Below, piece by piece: positions 7,882 through 16,538 of a stretch of 32,000 nt of DNA. The position numbers were made by a program, and so were the translations under genes. The DNA lies in contig CP104013.1 of NCBI GenBank assembly GCA_025839675.1, forward strand, positions 4,530,001 through 4,562,000, written 5' to 3'. This stretch comes from Candidatus Lokiarchaeum ossiferum (GTDB lineage Archaea; Asgardarchaeota; Lokiarchaeia; Sigyniarchaeales; Promethearchaeaceae). Within the stretch, counting starts at the first letter, position 1. Each line of letters opens with the position of its first letter. The notes beneath the pieces are model-generated. The model did not search any database, was not told where the DNA came from, and saw nothing but the letters and a program-made list of their open reading frames with translations.

Positions 7882-9243
7882 CTAAGTAATCTTACTTGAA
7901 TTGGTTGTTTCTCGCTTTTCCCATTCTAGAAATTGTTGATCCAGCGTGTGAATATAGGCTTTGAGTTCTTCCGGTTGTTGACCATACTGTTTGATTTTTA
8001 AAGATTTTAAATTGCTCTCATATTTCTCTACTTCGAGAGGTTCGATTTTCGTACTATCGAATAATTGATTGTACTGCTGAACGATGCTCGCTTGCAATTC
8101 CTGCATATTTTTTGTTAAAGCAGTGCTGACTTGGTAAATTTCCGTGATTTCTTCAGATTTCTCCATATATTTCATGATTTTTTTGAGATAATTTTGAATT
8201 TCGGGAATCATTAGCTGCAACGCTTCTTTCGCTTTTTGAAGATTGTTTTTTTCTACATTTTCTATAACTTTGTTATAATTTTGTTCAAATTTTGTGTATT
8301 CGATAACAAATCGATTGTAATCTATTTTTATATCCAGATCATCGAGAATTTCATTTAATTCCTTAATATCTTCCTTGGATTTATATTTTCTAACTGTTTT
8401 CTTGTAGGCATTGGTCAAGTCTTGCATTGACACTAAGATTTTATGGATTCCTTGGTAATATTTGGCATGTTTTTCTTTTTCCAACCTTTCAAATAGATCT
8501 TGATATCGACGTGAGTAATCAACATCAATAATTTTTCTCATCATCTGTTTGTTAATTTCATTTCTGCGAATTAATTTCAAAGTCAAATCGTCTAAATCTA
8601 AGTTTTGGGCAATAGAAATTCCGTGATTGTGATATTGCATTTCAATTGCGAGTAATTCTCGTGCTTTTCCTATATCATCATGATCCAACGCTTCTTTTGT
8701 TTCATGGCGTTTTTCCGTGATTTTAACGAGTAATTGTTCCAAAGGAATATCTGTGGCAATTTCTGTAGTGGGTTTATAGCCTATAATTGAAAATTCATTC
8801 ATTTTTGGGTTTATCTTATAATATAATATTACAAATAATATCAAGAAATACAAAAATTCACTGTAAAGGAGCACTTTATGTGACATCGTAGAACGAAGTG
8901 CTATAAATGGAAGATAGATCATCATTAGTAAGTTGATGGCTCCTCCCACAATCATTGCTGGAATAGTATGGAATTTTCCCTTTCTTTTTTTATGTTCATC
9001 AATTTTGGCATTGGAATAGATCGCAATAAACGCGCCAATATAATAAGCTCCAAAAAAAGTCCAGATGAAAATGGTAAAAATAGAAGTTAGTGTTCTATCG
9101 ATGGAAAATAAAATTCTGTTATATCTATTAAAGAATAGATTTAATGTCAGCGCCTCTATCCCAAAAATGACGTGAAAGAAGAAATATATCGCATCGGTTT
9201 TAAAGAAAAATGTGTTTCGGAAAAATTGACTCATTGATTTCAC
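7882..9243 (-). CDS. Membrane protein (~5 N-terminal TM helices) with a long cytoplasmic coiled-coil region
   Basis: 453 aa. The first ~150 aa are hydrophobic. The remainder is rich in charged heptad-like sequence. It ends in HTLDQQFLEWEKRETTNSSKIT. Confidence 0.75.
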   Translation of the reverse strand: MKSMSQFFRNTFFFKTDAIYFFFHVIFGIEALTLNLFFNRYNRILFSIDRTLTSIFTIFIWTFFGAYYIGAFIAIYSNAKIDEHKKRKGKFHTIPAMIVGGAINLLMMIYLPFIALRSTMSHKVLLYSEFLYFLILFVILYYKINPKMNEFSIIGYKPTTEIATDIPLEQLLVKITEKRHETKEALDHDDIGKARELLAIEMQYHNHGISIAQNLDLDDLTLKLIRRNEINKQMMRKIIDVDYSRRYQDLFERLEKEKHAKYYQGIHKILVSMQDLTNAYKKTVRKYKSKEDIKELNEILDDLDIKIDYNRFVIEYTKFEQNYNKVIENVEKNNLQKAKEALQLMIPEIQNYLKKIMKYMEKSEEITEIYQVSTALTKNMQELQASIVQQYNQLFDSTKIEPLEVEKYESNLKSLKIKQYGQQPEELKAYIHTLDQQFLEWEKRETTNSSKIT

Positions 9244-9476
9244 CTTATTAGTATAAGGATAAATTCCTTTTTTTTAAATATATGTCTTTCTCTTATTTAA
9301 TGGTGTTATTTTAGAGGTAATCAACATTAGATTAAAAAAATGAAAACAAATTGATATCACTTTTTACTGATTTTATCAATGAAGTAGTTCAAGAAAACAA
9401 CTTTATTGCCTATCCAATTCGGAGGTGTAGGAACACTTATATGTTTCATTCATCACATTTGTACTGGTGATAGGTT

Positions 9477-11105
9477 ATGAAATGTGAACAAAAAACAATT
9501 GGATTATTTCTTGGATTAATGTTATTATGGGGGGGAATCACAATTTACCCTCAAAATAATTCATCTACCGATTCTCTTCCTGTCTTTGAAAATCTTAACA
9601 GCATTCCAAAAGCTTCGAACATGAGCAAGTCTATTAAAACTTTGGATTTCTTTACAAACGATATACAAGCCTTGGCTATTTATGGAAATCGCATCTGGGG
9701 GGTTGACCGGGTTTTAAAGCAAATTATAGAAGTCTCAGCTGTAAATGGAGATCTTCTAGAAACTTTTCCTGATTTTGGTTTTGACTGTGACAGTTTAGCC
9801 GCCAGTGCTGATTATCTATATACGACTGCTGCTGTGGCGGGAAATGGGACAATTTTTATAATAAATCCAACGACTCAAGCAATTGTCGATACTTTGGTCA
9901 TTTATTCAGATCAATCCCAAACATTTGGGCTGGAATATTCCGCTGGTACAATTTGGATGGATCAAATGAACGTTATGACGTTTTCTTGTAACTTGCTACA
10001 AATCAATGCAATTTCAGGAGCAGTGATAAAAAATTTTTCTCTACCTTTTAGAATGGCTGCAGGTCCCGAAATTAATGGAATAGTATATTGCATCAGCTAT
10101 AATGATAACAATATCTATGGGATTGATGCCTCAAATGGTCAGATATTATGCAAATTTAAATCTCCTATAATTTCTACTGGCGATTGGGGATCTACTCAAC
10201 AAGGAAATTTATTGGTAGTTAGCGATTATAACGAGAATTGTCTCCATTGGATTAAAACAGAATTTAATACAGGGGAATATGTTTTCGGTTTTGATTATTC
10301 TGCCTACACCTTCCCTTTCCGAATGACAAATAATGGGACTCACCTCTTTTTCCGACCTTTCTACACAACAGCAATTACTGTTGCAGAAATTGGGACTGGG
10401 GAAGAAGTTGCTGAGCTTTCAACTAGCTTTATACCAATTGGTCTCTCCTATCATGAAGGAACAATATGGGCTGCAGAATTTGGGGGTTCTTATGAAATTT
10501 GCCAATTAGATATGAGCGGAACAACGATTCATAGTTTTTCTCTGGGTTTAGATGGCTCATCTCAAATTTACGCGCTCGAATGGGTCGATTCCTATATTTG
10601 GGCTTATTTAGTAAATGGCACTATGATTCAAATCAATCCTACTACTGAATCTATTGTTAATCACTTTGAGATTGAGTATTCTATTACTGGTTTGGCGTGG
10701 TCAAGTGAACACGATGCGCTTTATGGTACCACATCCGATTCAAATCTTATATTTGAGATTGATCTTTCATCTGGAACAATTCTTGCTGAATCAATTCTTA
10801 TGTGTGAAGGAACCAACTTTTATGGACTCACAACATGGCGGGACAAGTTTATCGTCAATGAAATGAACTCAGGACCTAAACAATTAAAGTATTTCCAGAA
10901 TAATATTCCAATTCCTCCAGTAGATGATACAGTGGATGACACCACAAGTAGCACTACAACAACCAATTCTTCTGGAAGTACGACAGATGGAGTCCCCTTA
11001 ATTTTTGGTCTTAATGCAAATTATGTTGCCCTCGGTGGTGTTGGAGCAGGATTGCTATTAGGGATTCTATTCGGAGGCTTGATATTTGGGCGAAAGAAAA
11101 AATAA
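9477..11105 (+). CDS. Secreted beta-propeller-like surface protein with a Thr/Ser stalk and a C-terminal TM anchor
   Basis: 542 aa with an N-terminal signal-like helix. Repeated YVTN/glutaminyl-cyclase-like blade motifs are present: IFIINPTTQAIVDTL, IYGIDASNGQIL, IQINPTTESIVNHF, IFEIDLSSGTILAE. The C-terminus is TTSSTTTTNSSGSTT, then a Gly-rich TM helix, then GRKKK. Confidence 0.8.
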   Translation: MKCEQKTIGLFLGLMLLWGGITIYPQNNSSTDSLPVFENLNSIPKASNMSKSIKTLDFFTNDIQALAIYGNRIWGVDRVLKQIIEVSAVNGDLLETFPDFGFDCDSLAASADYLYTTAAVAGNGTIFIINPTTQAIVDTLVIYSDQSQTFGLEYSAGTIWMDQMNVMTFSCNLLQINAISGAVIKNFSLPFRMAAGPEINGIVYCISYNDNNIYGIDASNGQILCKFKSPIISTGDWGSTQQGNLLVVSDYNENCLHWIKTEFNTGEYVFGFDYSAYTFPFRMTNNGTHLFFRPFYTTAITVAEIGTGEEVAELSTSFIPIGLSYHEGTIWAAEFGGSYEICQLDMSGTTIHSFSLGLDGSSQIYALEWVDSYIWAYLVNGTMIQINPTTESIVNHFEIEYSITGLAWSSEHDALYGTTSDSNLIFEIDLSSGTILAESILMCEGTNFYGLTTWRDKFIVNEMNSGPKQLKYFQNNIPIPPVDDTVDDTTSSTTTTNSSGSTTDGVPLIFGLNANYVALGGVGAGLLLGILFGGLIFGRKKK

Positions 11106-11136
11106 CACATTGAAATATAAATTTCTTGCCTTTTTT

Positions 11137-11337
11137 TTACCTCCAAATCCAAATAAATAATTTTTTGTTATTATTACTTACTTGTGTAGAAACATTGTTA
11201 ACCAGATGCTCTACTTTCTTTGGTTCAGGTTGAATTAGGTAGTTATCATCAAAATTGAAGTCCATTTTCGCCCATTCGTCATTTTTATGATAATTAACTA
11301 AATAAGTGAAAAAAAAGGAAGGCCGGTATAATTTCAT
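11137..11337 (-). CDS. Small hypothetical protein (66 aa)
   Basis: Its ATG overlaps the TGA of the upstream 100-aa ORF (ATGA at 11334..11337), which suggests translational coupling. I recognised no motif. Confidence 0.4.
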   Translation of the reverse strand: MKLYRPSFFFTYLVNYHKNDEWAKMDFNFDDNYLIQPEPKKVEHLVNNVSTQVSNNNKKLFIWIWR

Positions 11338-11636
11338 TCATAGTCTAAAGAAGTCTTGTCTTCATTTTTCTCTGTTTTTACTTTTTCTTCCTGCATTTCT
11401 TCTTCCTTCACATCTGAAGTATTGTTTATCCCATTCCATCCAATCAGTACGAATAAAATGGCTAATATAAGGAAAATAGGTCCCATTTCTGTGTTATATC
11501 CTGCTCCTATCGCCGTAAGTCCCAGTAAAGCTATGATAGCGGATTGTGAATTTTTGGAAAATCCTTCCATAGATATTTTAAGTCTCACTGCAAATAAAAA
11601 TTGATCTTTGAATGAGTTAAGTAAATTTCCCAGCAC
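11334..11636 (-). CDS. Small membrane protein with two TM helices and an acidic C-terminal tail
   Basis: 100 aa. Hydrophobic segments are SAIIALLGLTAIGAGY and GPIFLILAILFVLIGW, followed by an EEEMQEEKVKTEKNEDK tail. An internal Met (MEGFSKN) is an alternative start. Confidence 0.55.
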   Translation of the reverse strand: MLGNLLNSFKDQFLFAVRLKISMEGFSKNSQSAIIALLGLTAIGAGYNTEMGPIFLILAILFVLIGWNGINNTSDVKEEEMQEEKVKTEKNEDKTSLDYE

Positions 11637-11822
11637 TATTTTGAAATCTGAAAAAAAAGGGAAACAATTGCAGTAGTGTTGATCACAAAATTTTTATTTT
11701 CCTTTTTATAAAGGAGATAATTTTTAAGCACTCCAATTACCTCGCTGTAGCAGATTTTTTTTCTGATTGATGCAACTCACCAAAAAATCATCCAATTTTA
11801 GGAAAGAAGAAAAATTAGGTAG

Positions 11823-11958
11823 TACCGGTGGTGTGGATTGAACACACGAACCTCTGGATGTCTCATCTGGACCGCATTGAATGCGTCCGACCCTTTTTTA
11901 GTCCATTTCGCAATGGAGATTATGAGTCCAGCGCTCTAACCAACTGAGCTACACCGGC
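11823..11958 (-). tRNA. Intron-containing tRNA with anticodon CAT (elongator Met or Ile2 type; not initiator-like)
   Basis: Hand fold: acceptor GCCGGTG/CACCGGT; D arm GCTC-AGTTGGTTA-GAGC; anticodon stem CTGGA/TCCAG; loop CTCATAA; T arm GTGTG-TTCAATC-CACAC; discriminator A. CCA is not encoded. A 61-nt intron (11860..11920) lies between positions 37 and 38. My fold leaves a 6-nt variable loop (AGGTTC). Confidence 0.9.
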
Positions 11959-12016
11959 ATGGGTTTTGGATATTTTAGGCACTCTCGTGCAAGATACGAA
12001 ATAAAGATAGAAAGTG

Positions 12017-12094
12017 TGGAGCCTTCGGAGGGACTTGAACCCTCGACATCTGCCTTACCAAGGCAGCGTAATGGCCGGGCTAGACTACAAAGGC
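12017..12094 (-). tRNA. tRNA-Thr (anticodon GGT) with genomically encoded CCA
   Basis: Hand fold: acceptor GCCTTTG/CGAAGGC; anticodon stem CTGCC/GGCAG; loop TTGGTAA; variable loop ATGTC; T arm GAGGG-TTCAAGT-CCCTC; discriminator T, then CCA. The D arm has the conserved A14, G18 G19 and A21 but only 2 Watson-Crick pairs. Confidence 0.85.
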
Positions 12095-12233
12095 ATACCA
12101 CTGATTTTGGAAATGATGGCAAGTATTTGAACTTTACCAGTGCACTTTCAAAACTATGATCATGAATATTCCATTTCATAAAAATTTTTTTGCACAGTGT
12201 CGGGAACAGAAGATTGTACCAGTTCTATTTGTG

Positions 12234-12338
12234 GCATGAGGGGTGTGGAGAGAAGCAAAACTTTTTCGAAAGGAATAACTCTCGCCAAAATTTAGTGCAT
12301 ACATTTTTGAGGGGGGACTTTGGGAAAAAACCCGAATT
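12234..12338 (+). repeat. Direct repeat copy A (~105 bp, with a 38-bp near-identical core at 12301..12338)
   Basis: The core acatttttgaggggggactttgggaaaaaacccgaatt matches 16420..16457 at 37 of 38 positions. The flanking ~67 bp aligns without gaps at roughly half to three-quarters identity, including gcatgaggg, agaagcaaaa and caaaattt. Confidence 0.85.
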
Positions 12339-12570
12339 TACAATTTGGGAATCATTTCTTCTCAATCAAAGTTATTAGAATCAAAACTAATGTTTTGAGT
12401 TTTATTGATTTCTCATGCCAAATGCTAATGCAATTTCGTTGGTCATTTAGGCTTTATAGACTGTAAAAAAAAATATTGAAAATATATGAAAAAGAACGAT
12501 AGTATAGAGGTATTATTCCATGATTCCTAATCTTCTCCGTTTAAAAAAAGAAAATGTAATCAAAAGTGAG

Positions 12571-12590
12571 AAAAAAGGAACACCTTTTTT
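12571..12590 (-). terminator. Perfect hairpin flanked by A/T runs, ~30 nt downstream of the NHL gene stop
   Basis: aaaaaagg-aaca-cctttttt has an 8-bp stem and a 4-nt loop. It reads as hairpin plus oligo-T on either strand. Confidence 0.5.
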
Positions 12591-12622
12591 AGATTGTGGT
12601 AAAAAGGATCATCACCTAAGGG

Positions 12623-15600
12623 TCATTTACCCAAAAAATTCATTTTTCGTCTTTTGCTTAGAACAATAATTCCTAATGTTATCGTTGATAAAAGAACCTC
12701 ATCAATGAACGAGTATCCTGGTATCTTAGATGGTACTGGTACAGTAGGTGTTTCTGAAATTGTTGAATTTTCAGAATATTCGACCATTATTACATTTGAT
12801 TCGAGAGATTCACCATTTGAATTAATGGCTGTAATTACATAATAGTATTTACCATATGAGTCAAGGGTATCTGTAAAATTTATATTTTCTGTCTTCTGGA
12901 GAAAAATTGAACTGTTTATTGAAGAAATATATGAATTATGGCGATAAATGTTATAAAAATCTGCACCTTCAACAGTTGACCACTCTAAATAGACGACTCC
13001 ACGAATATTGTTGAAATCCAATGTTGGTTCTGAAATAACGGGAGGAATGAGTGGGGTAAAATTAATATAGATCATGTTTGAAGGGGTAGATTCACCAAGA
13101 CTGTTGACTGTGGTGATCACATAATAATACTGTCCAAATTCTTTAAGAGAGTCTGTGTATGCAGAAATTACTGATGTTGATAGGAAAATTGAACTATTTA
13201 AAGTAGTGATCGGAAATATATGGCGATATACGTTATAATAATCAACACCCTCTATATCTGTCCAATTCAAGATAATTTCATTATTATAGTTCAATGGATC
13301 CAAATTGGATAATACTGGAGGATCTAGTGTGAAATATTGTATTGAGACATTTTTTGACACAGGCGATTCTCCTGCAGAATTGTGTGCAGTAACTGCATAA
13401 AAATATTCACCGTTCGATGGAAGTTGATCTTCAGTCATATTAGTCAAGACAGTTTTTAGAAAAATAGAGCTATTTATGGAAGTAATCGGACCGGTATGAC
13501 GATAAAGATTATAAGATTCTGCTCCATTTACTTGAGTCCAATTTAATAAAATAACTGAACTTGTTGATGGGTTAGGAAATATTTTTGACAAAATCGGTGC
13601 ATTTGGAGAAAGGAAAGTGACTATTTTCGATTCAGATAAAATTGATTCACCTGCGCCATTAACGGCAGTCACGGCATAGTAAAACGTTCCACCAGATGGA
13701 AGAATATCTGTGGTTTCATTCGTATACATATTTTTGATGAAAATTGAACTATTTATGGAAATAATCGGGCCAATATGGCGATAGAGATTATAAGATTCTA
13801 CACCATCTACTTGAGTCCAATTCAAAATAATTTCATGGCAAGTTGTTTGATCGGGGATAATATTTGATAATATAGGTGCATCGGGTACAACATATTCAAT
13901 GCTAACTGGATTTGATGGATTTGATTCACCCGATCCATTAATGGTAGTGCATACATAGTAATAAATTCCCCCTCCATCGTTTAAAGTATCTGAAGTATAA
14001 TTCGAGACAACATTTTTCAGAAGGATTGAACTATTAATTTCTGTTATAGGAGATCTATGGCGGTAGAGATTATATGACTGAGCATCATCAACATCAGTCC
14101 AATTTAGAATAATAGAATTAAATTTTGTTGAAGGAAACCCAAAGTTTGATAAAAAAGGAGCATTTGGTTTGTAATATATACCTTCTCCAAATTTCTGTAT
14201 TCGATGATTATTTGAATCCACCACAAAGGTTTGATTGAGAGAATTAAATGCAATACCGAGAGGTTTACTTAATTGTCCATCATTATAACCAGAAGTCCCA
14301 AATTGATCGATATAATTACCTTGAGGGTCAAAAATTTGGATCCGATCATTCTCGGTGTCAGATACATATACATAATTCGTTTGATTTATTGCAATTCCCT
14401 GAGGAGAAGAAAATTGACCATCATCTGATCCATAAGATCCAAATTGGTTAACCTGAGATCCCAAAGGATTAAAAACTCTTATAACATGATTTCCACCATC
14501 TAATTGATCGGTAATATAAGTAAATCCACTACTGTTGATAGCAATTGCACTAGCATAATCAAAAGTTCCAAATGAACGATGGAAATTTCCTGATGGATCA
14601 TACACTTGAATTTTTTGACGGTTCTGATCAACAACATAAATATAGTTTGATGAATTTATTGCTATTCCTCTAGGAAAAAGGAGTTCCTCACTTCCTGTAT
14701 CCTCTTCTCCTATCATGTATTGATAATTGCCTTCTGGATCATACACCTTTATATCAGAATCATCTAAAACAAAAACCCAATTGGTTTCGTTTATAACCAC
14801 ACCCCAAGGTTTGTATAAATTATAGGAATCCACTCCTGGAGAGCCAATTGATCGAACATATTCCCCAGAAGGATTAAATACTTGGACCCTCCCATTTTCT
14901 GAATCTGATACGTATGCATAGCCTGATCCATTAATAGCTATTCCTGAAGGAATATTTAATTGCCCGATTTCAGAGAATGCTGTTATACCAAATGAAGAAA
15001 AATATTCACCCGTTTGGGAATAATTCAGAATCCGATCTCTGTCTAATTCTGCAATTAATAAATTTCCGGAAAGATCAATGGTTATCCCTTTTGGATTAAA
15101 AATTAGCCCATCATACCCAGATTGCCCTATTAGTCTGATAAAATTTCCGTCTTGATCAAAAACTTTAACATGATTATTGCCAGAATCGGTGATAAATAAA
15201 TACCCGGTGCTATTAATTACAATATTTTCTGGATAATCAAAATCTGGATCATCCATTCCTGATGTACCAAAGGAATTTATAAACAGACCATTAGGATCGA
15301 ACACTTGGATCCGATAGTTATATTTATCTGCTACATATAAATAGCCAGAACTATTAATCGCAAGACCAGCTGGGGAATAAAATTGGCCATCACCAGATCC
15401 ATATGAACCAATAGTTTTAATGATTTCACCACTAGGTGAACAAATAAATATCTGATTCTGCTGAGTATCTGCAACATATAAATGTTCTGAACTATTTAAT
15501 GCAATCCCTCGGGGTTTTTGGAAGATATATTCTCCGATAATCTTAATGAAGTTCCCAAATTGGTCAAAAACTTGAACTCTGCCATTTTGTCTGTCTGAAA

Positions 15601-16060
15601 CAAATATATTCCCGGTACTATTGATTAAAATATCATAAGGAAGGTTAAATTCCCCATCTCCAAACCCAGAACTTCCAAAGGATCTAACAAAATTAAATTC
15701 TGGATCAAATATTTGTACTCTGCCGCCCCAATCAACAATATGGATAAATCCTGAACTGTTTATTGCAACTCCACAAGGTTGGTTAAAGGTTCCTGGATTT
15801 AACACATGAGTTCCAAATTGATCCAAATATTCTTCATTAAATGCTTTTTGAGGTACATCCATTCTTCTTTCTACTTCATTCGTTTCAGTAATAACTTTTG
15901 ATTCTGGGCTAAAATTAGAATTTCCAATATTAAAACTTACCAAAAATATTAAAACTAGCATGGATAAGCGATATTCTTCTTTTTTTTTTCTCATTTTCAT
16001 CCTTTTTTTAAGAAATTTATCTGAATTATTCTTCGTGAAAATCATATATAAATTATACAA
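12623..16060 (-). CDS. Large anchored surface protein: signal peptide, 12 NHL repeats (two predicted six-bladed propellers), 5 FN3-like repeats, C-terminal TM anchor
   Basis: 1145-aa ORF. The probable true start is MKMRKKKEEY at 16000. The NHL unit recurs 12 times (P.GIAINSSG..YV.D..N.RIQVFD..G.F...FG). Five ~93-aa units follow (P.L....P......I.LNWT.V.GA.SYN.YRH...I..INSS....YYAVTA.N..GES). The protein ends in LLSTITLGIIVLSKRRK. It contains many N-x-S/T sequons. Confidence 0.9.
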   Translation of the reverse strand: MYNLYMIFTKNNSDKFLKKRMKMRKKKEEYRLSMLVLIFLVSFNIGNSNFSPESKVITETNEVERRMDVPQKAFNEEYLDQFGTHVLNPGTFNQPCGVAINSSGFIHIVDWGGRVQIFDPEFNFVRSFGSSGFGDGEFNLPYDILINSTGNIFVSDRQNGRVQVFDQFGNFIKIIGEYIFQKPRGIALNSSEHLYVADTQQNQIFICSPSGEIIKTIGSYGSGDGQFYSPAGLAINSSGYLYVADKYNYRIQVFDPNGLFINSFGTSGMDDPDFDYPENIVINSTGYLFITDSGNNHVKVFDQDGNFIRLIGQSGYDGLIFNPKGITIDLSGNLLIAELDRDRILNYSQTGEYFSSFGITAFSEIGQLNIPSGIAINGSGYAYVSDSENGRVQVFNPSGEYVRSIGSPGVDSYNLYKPWGVVINETNWVFVLDDSDIKVYDPEGNYQYMIGEEDTGSEELLFPRGIAINSSNYIYVVDQNRQKIQVYDPSGNFHRSFGTFDYASAIAINSSGFTYITDQLDGGNHVIRVFNPLGSQVNQFGSYGSDDGQFSSPQGIAINQTNYVYVSDTENDRIQIFDPQGNYIDQFGTSGYNDGQLSKPLGIAFNSLNQTFVVDSNNHRIQKFGEGIYYKPNAPFLSNFGFPSTKFNSIILNWTDVDDAQSYNLYRHRSPITEINSSILLKNVVSNYTSDTLNDGGGIYYYVCTTINGSGESNPSNPVSIEYVVPDAPILSNIIPDQTTCHEIILNWTQVDGVESYNLYRHIGPIISINSSIFIKNMYTNETTDILPSGGTFYYAVTAVNGAGESILSESKIVTFLSPNAPILSKIFPNPSTSSVILLNWTQVNGAESYNLYRHTGPITSINSSIFLKTVLTNMTEDQLPSNGEYFYAVTAHNSAGESPVSKNVSIQYFTLDPPVLSNLDPLNYNNEIILNWTDIEGVDYYNVYRHIFPITTLNSSIFLSTSVISAYTDSLKEFGQYYYVITTVNSLGESTPSNMIYINFTPLIPPVISEPTLDFNNIRGVVYLEWSTVEGADFYNIYRHNSYISSINSSIFLQKTENINFTDTLDSYGKYYYVITAINSNGESLESNVIMVEYSENSTISETPTVPVPSKIPGYSFIDEVLLSTITLGIIVLSKRRKMNFLGK
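12775..14170. repeat. Five tandem ~279-bp coding repeats (FN3-like modules) inside the NHL protein gene
   Basis: The protein-level repeats start at PNAPFLSNFG, PDAPILSNII, PNAPILSKIF, LDPPVLSNLD and LIPPVISEPT. DNA-level similarity is visible, for example in recurring ttataagattct / ttatggcgata segments. Confidence 0.8.
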
Positions 16061-16352
16061 TATTGGCTAAGATCGGATAGTAGTGAAAAATAAACCCTAA
16101 AAAAAAGATAATTCCTTCTTCTAATTGTGATTTAAATGAATAAAATAATTACCTGCATTGGAATCCCAAGCTGAATATTTTGGCCAAAGTCTTGAAATAT
16201 GGGTGATTTTCAAAGGAGTTTTTAAAAATATCGATAATCCTCAAGAAAATAACATCCAAAATATAATTGATACACGCCTGTCCCCCAAAAAAAAACACCG
16301 ACTTCCTTTCAAAATAACCTTACTCGGGATTTTCACAATTATCAGATTTGCT

Positions 16353-16457
16353 GCATGAGGGAGTTAAAAAGAAGCAAAATGTTTCAAATCTAACAAACCT
16401 AAGTCAAAATTTTGGGTACACATTTTTGAGGGGGGACTTTGGGAAAAAACTCGAATT
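16353..16457 (+). repeat. Direct repeat copy B (~105 bp, core at 16420..16457)
   Basis: See copy A. It lies ~300-400 bp from the NHL gene start and ~80-95 bp before the hybrid kinase start. A TATA-like aatataatata lies between it and the kinase ATG. Confidence 0.85.
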
Positions 16458-16538
16458 CTTCTCATAAAATTTGCAATACAAGAATATAATATAGGGTCAC
16501 AAACTTAGGAACATACTATAGCGCATCTATTTTAGTTT

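Noticed and set aside
11949-12179. ORFs 11949..12179 (-) and 11959..12159 (+)
   Set aside because: Both overlap the tRNA-Thr gene and its flanks. Their openness comes from the GC-richer tRNA sequence, and the translations show no protein-like features.
12190-12378. 62-aa ORF across repeat copy A, whose translation resembles the same frame of copy B (TFLRGDFGKK.EF)
   Set aside because: It has only a TTG start. In copy B the equivalent frame is closed by a stop at 16315..16317 and has only ~39 codons from a TTG. The peptide similarity just reflects nucleotide identity, so I treat it as a non-coding repeat.
16158-16358. 66-aa plus-strand ORF between the NHL gene and the kinase gene
   Set aside because: It has a TTG start, low-complexity AT-rich translation and no motif, and it ends exactly where repeat copy B begins. 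It is likely non-coding promoter-region sequence.
11640-16460. Integrated mobile element or genomic island at the tRNA genes
   Set aside because: Direct repeats and tRNA adjacency are present, but no integrase, transposase or other mobility gene was found. The repeats do not include tRNA sequence. I report the repeats as an observation only, not as a mobile element.
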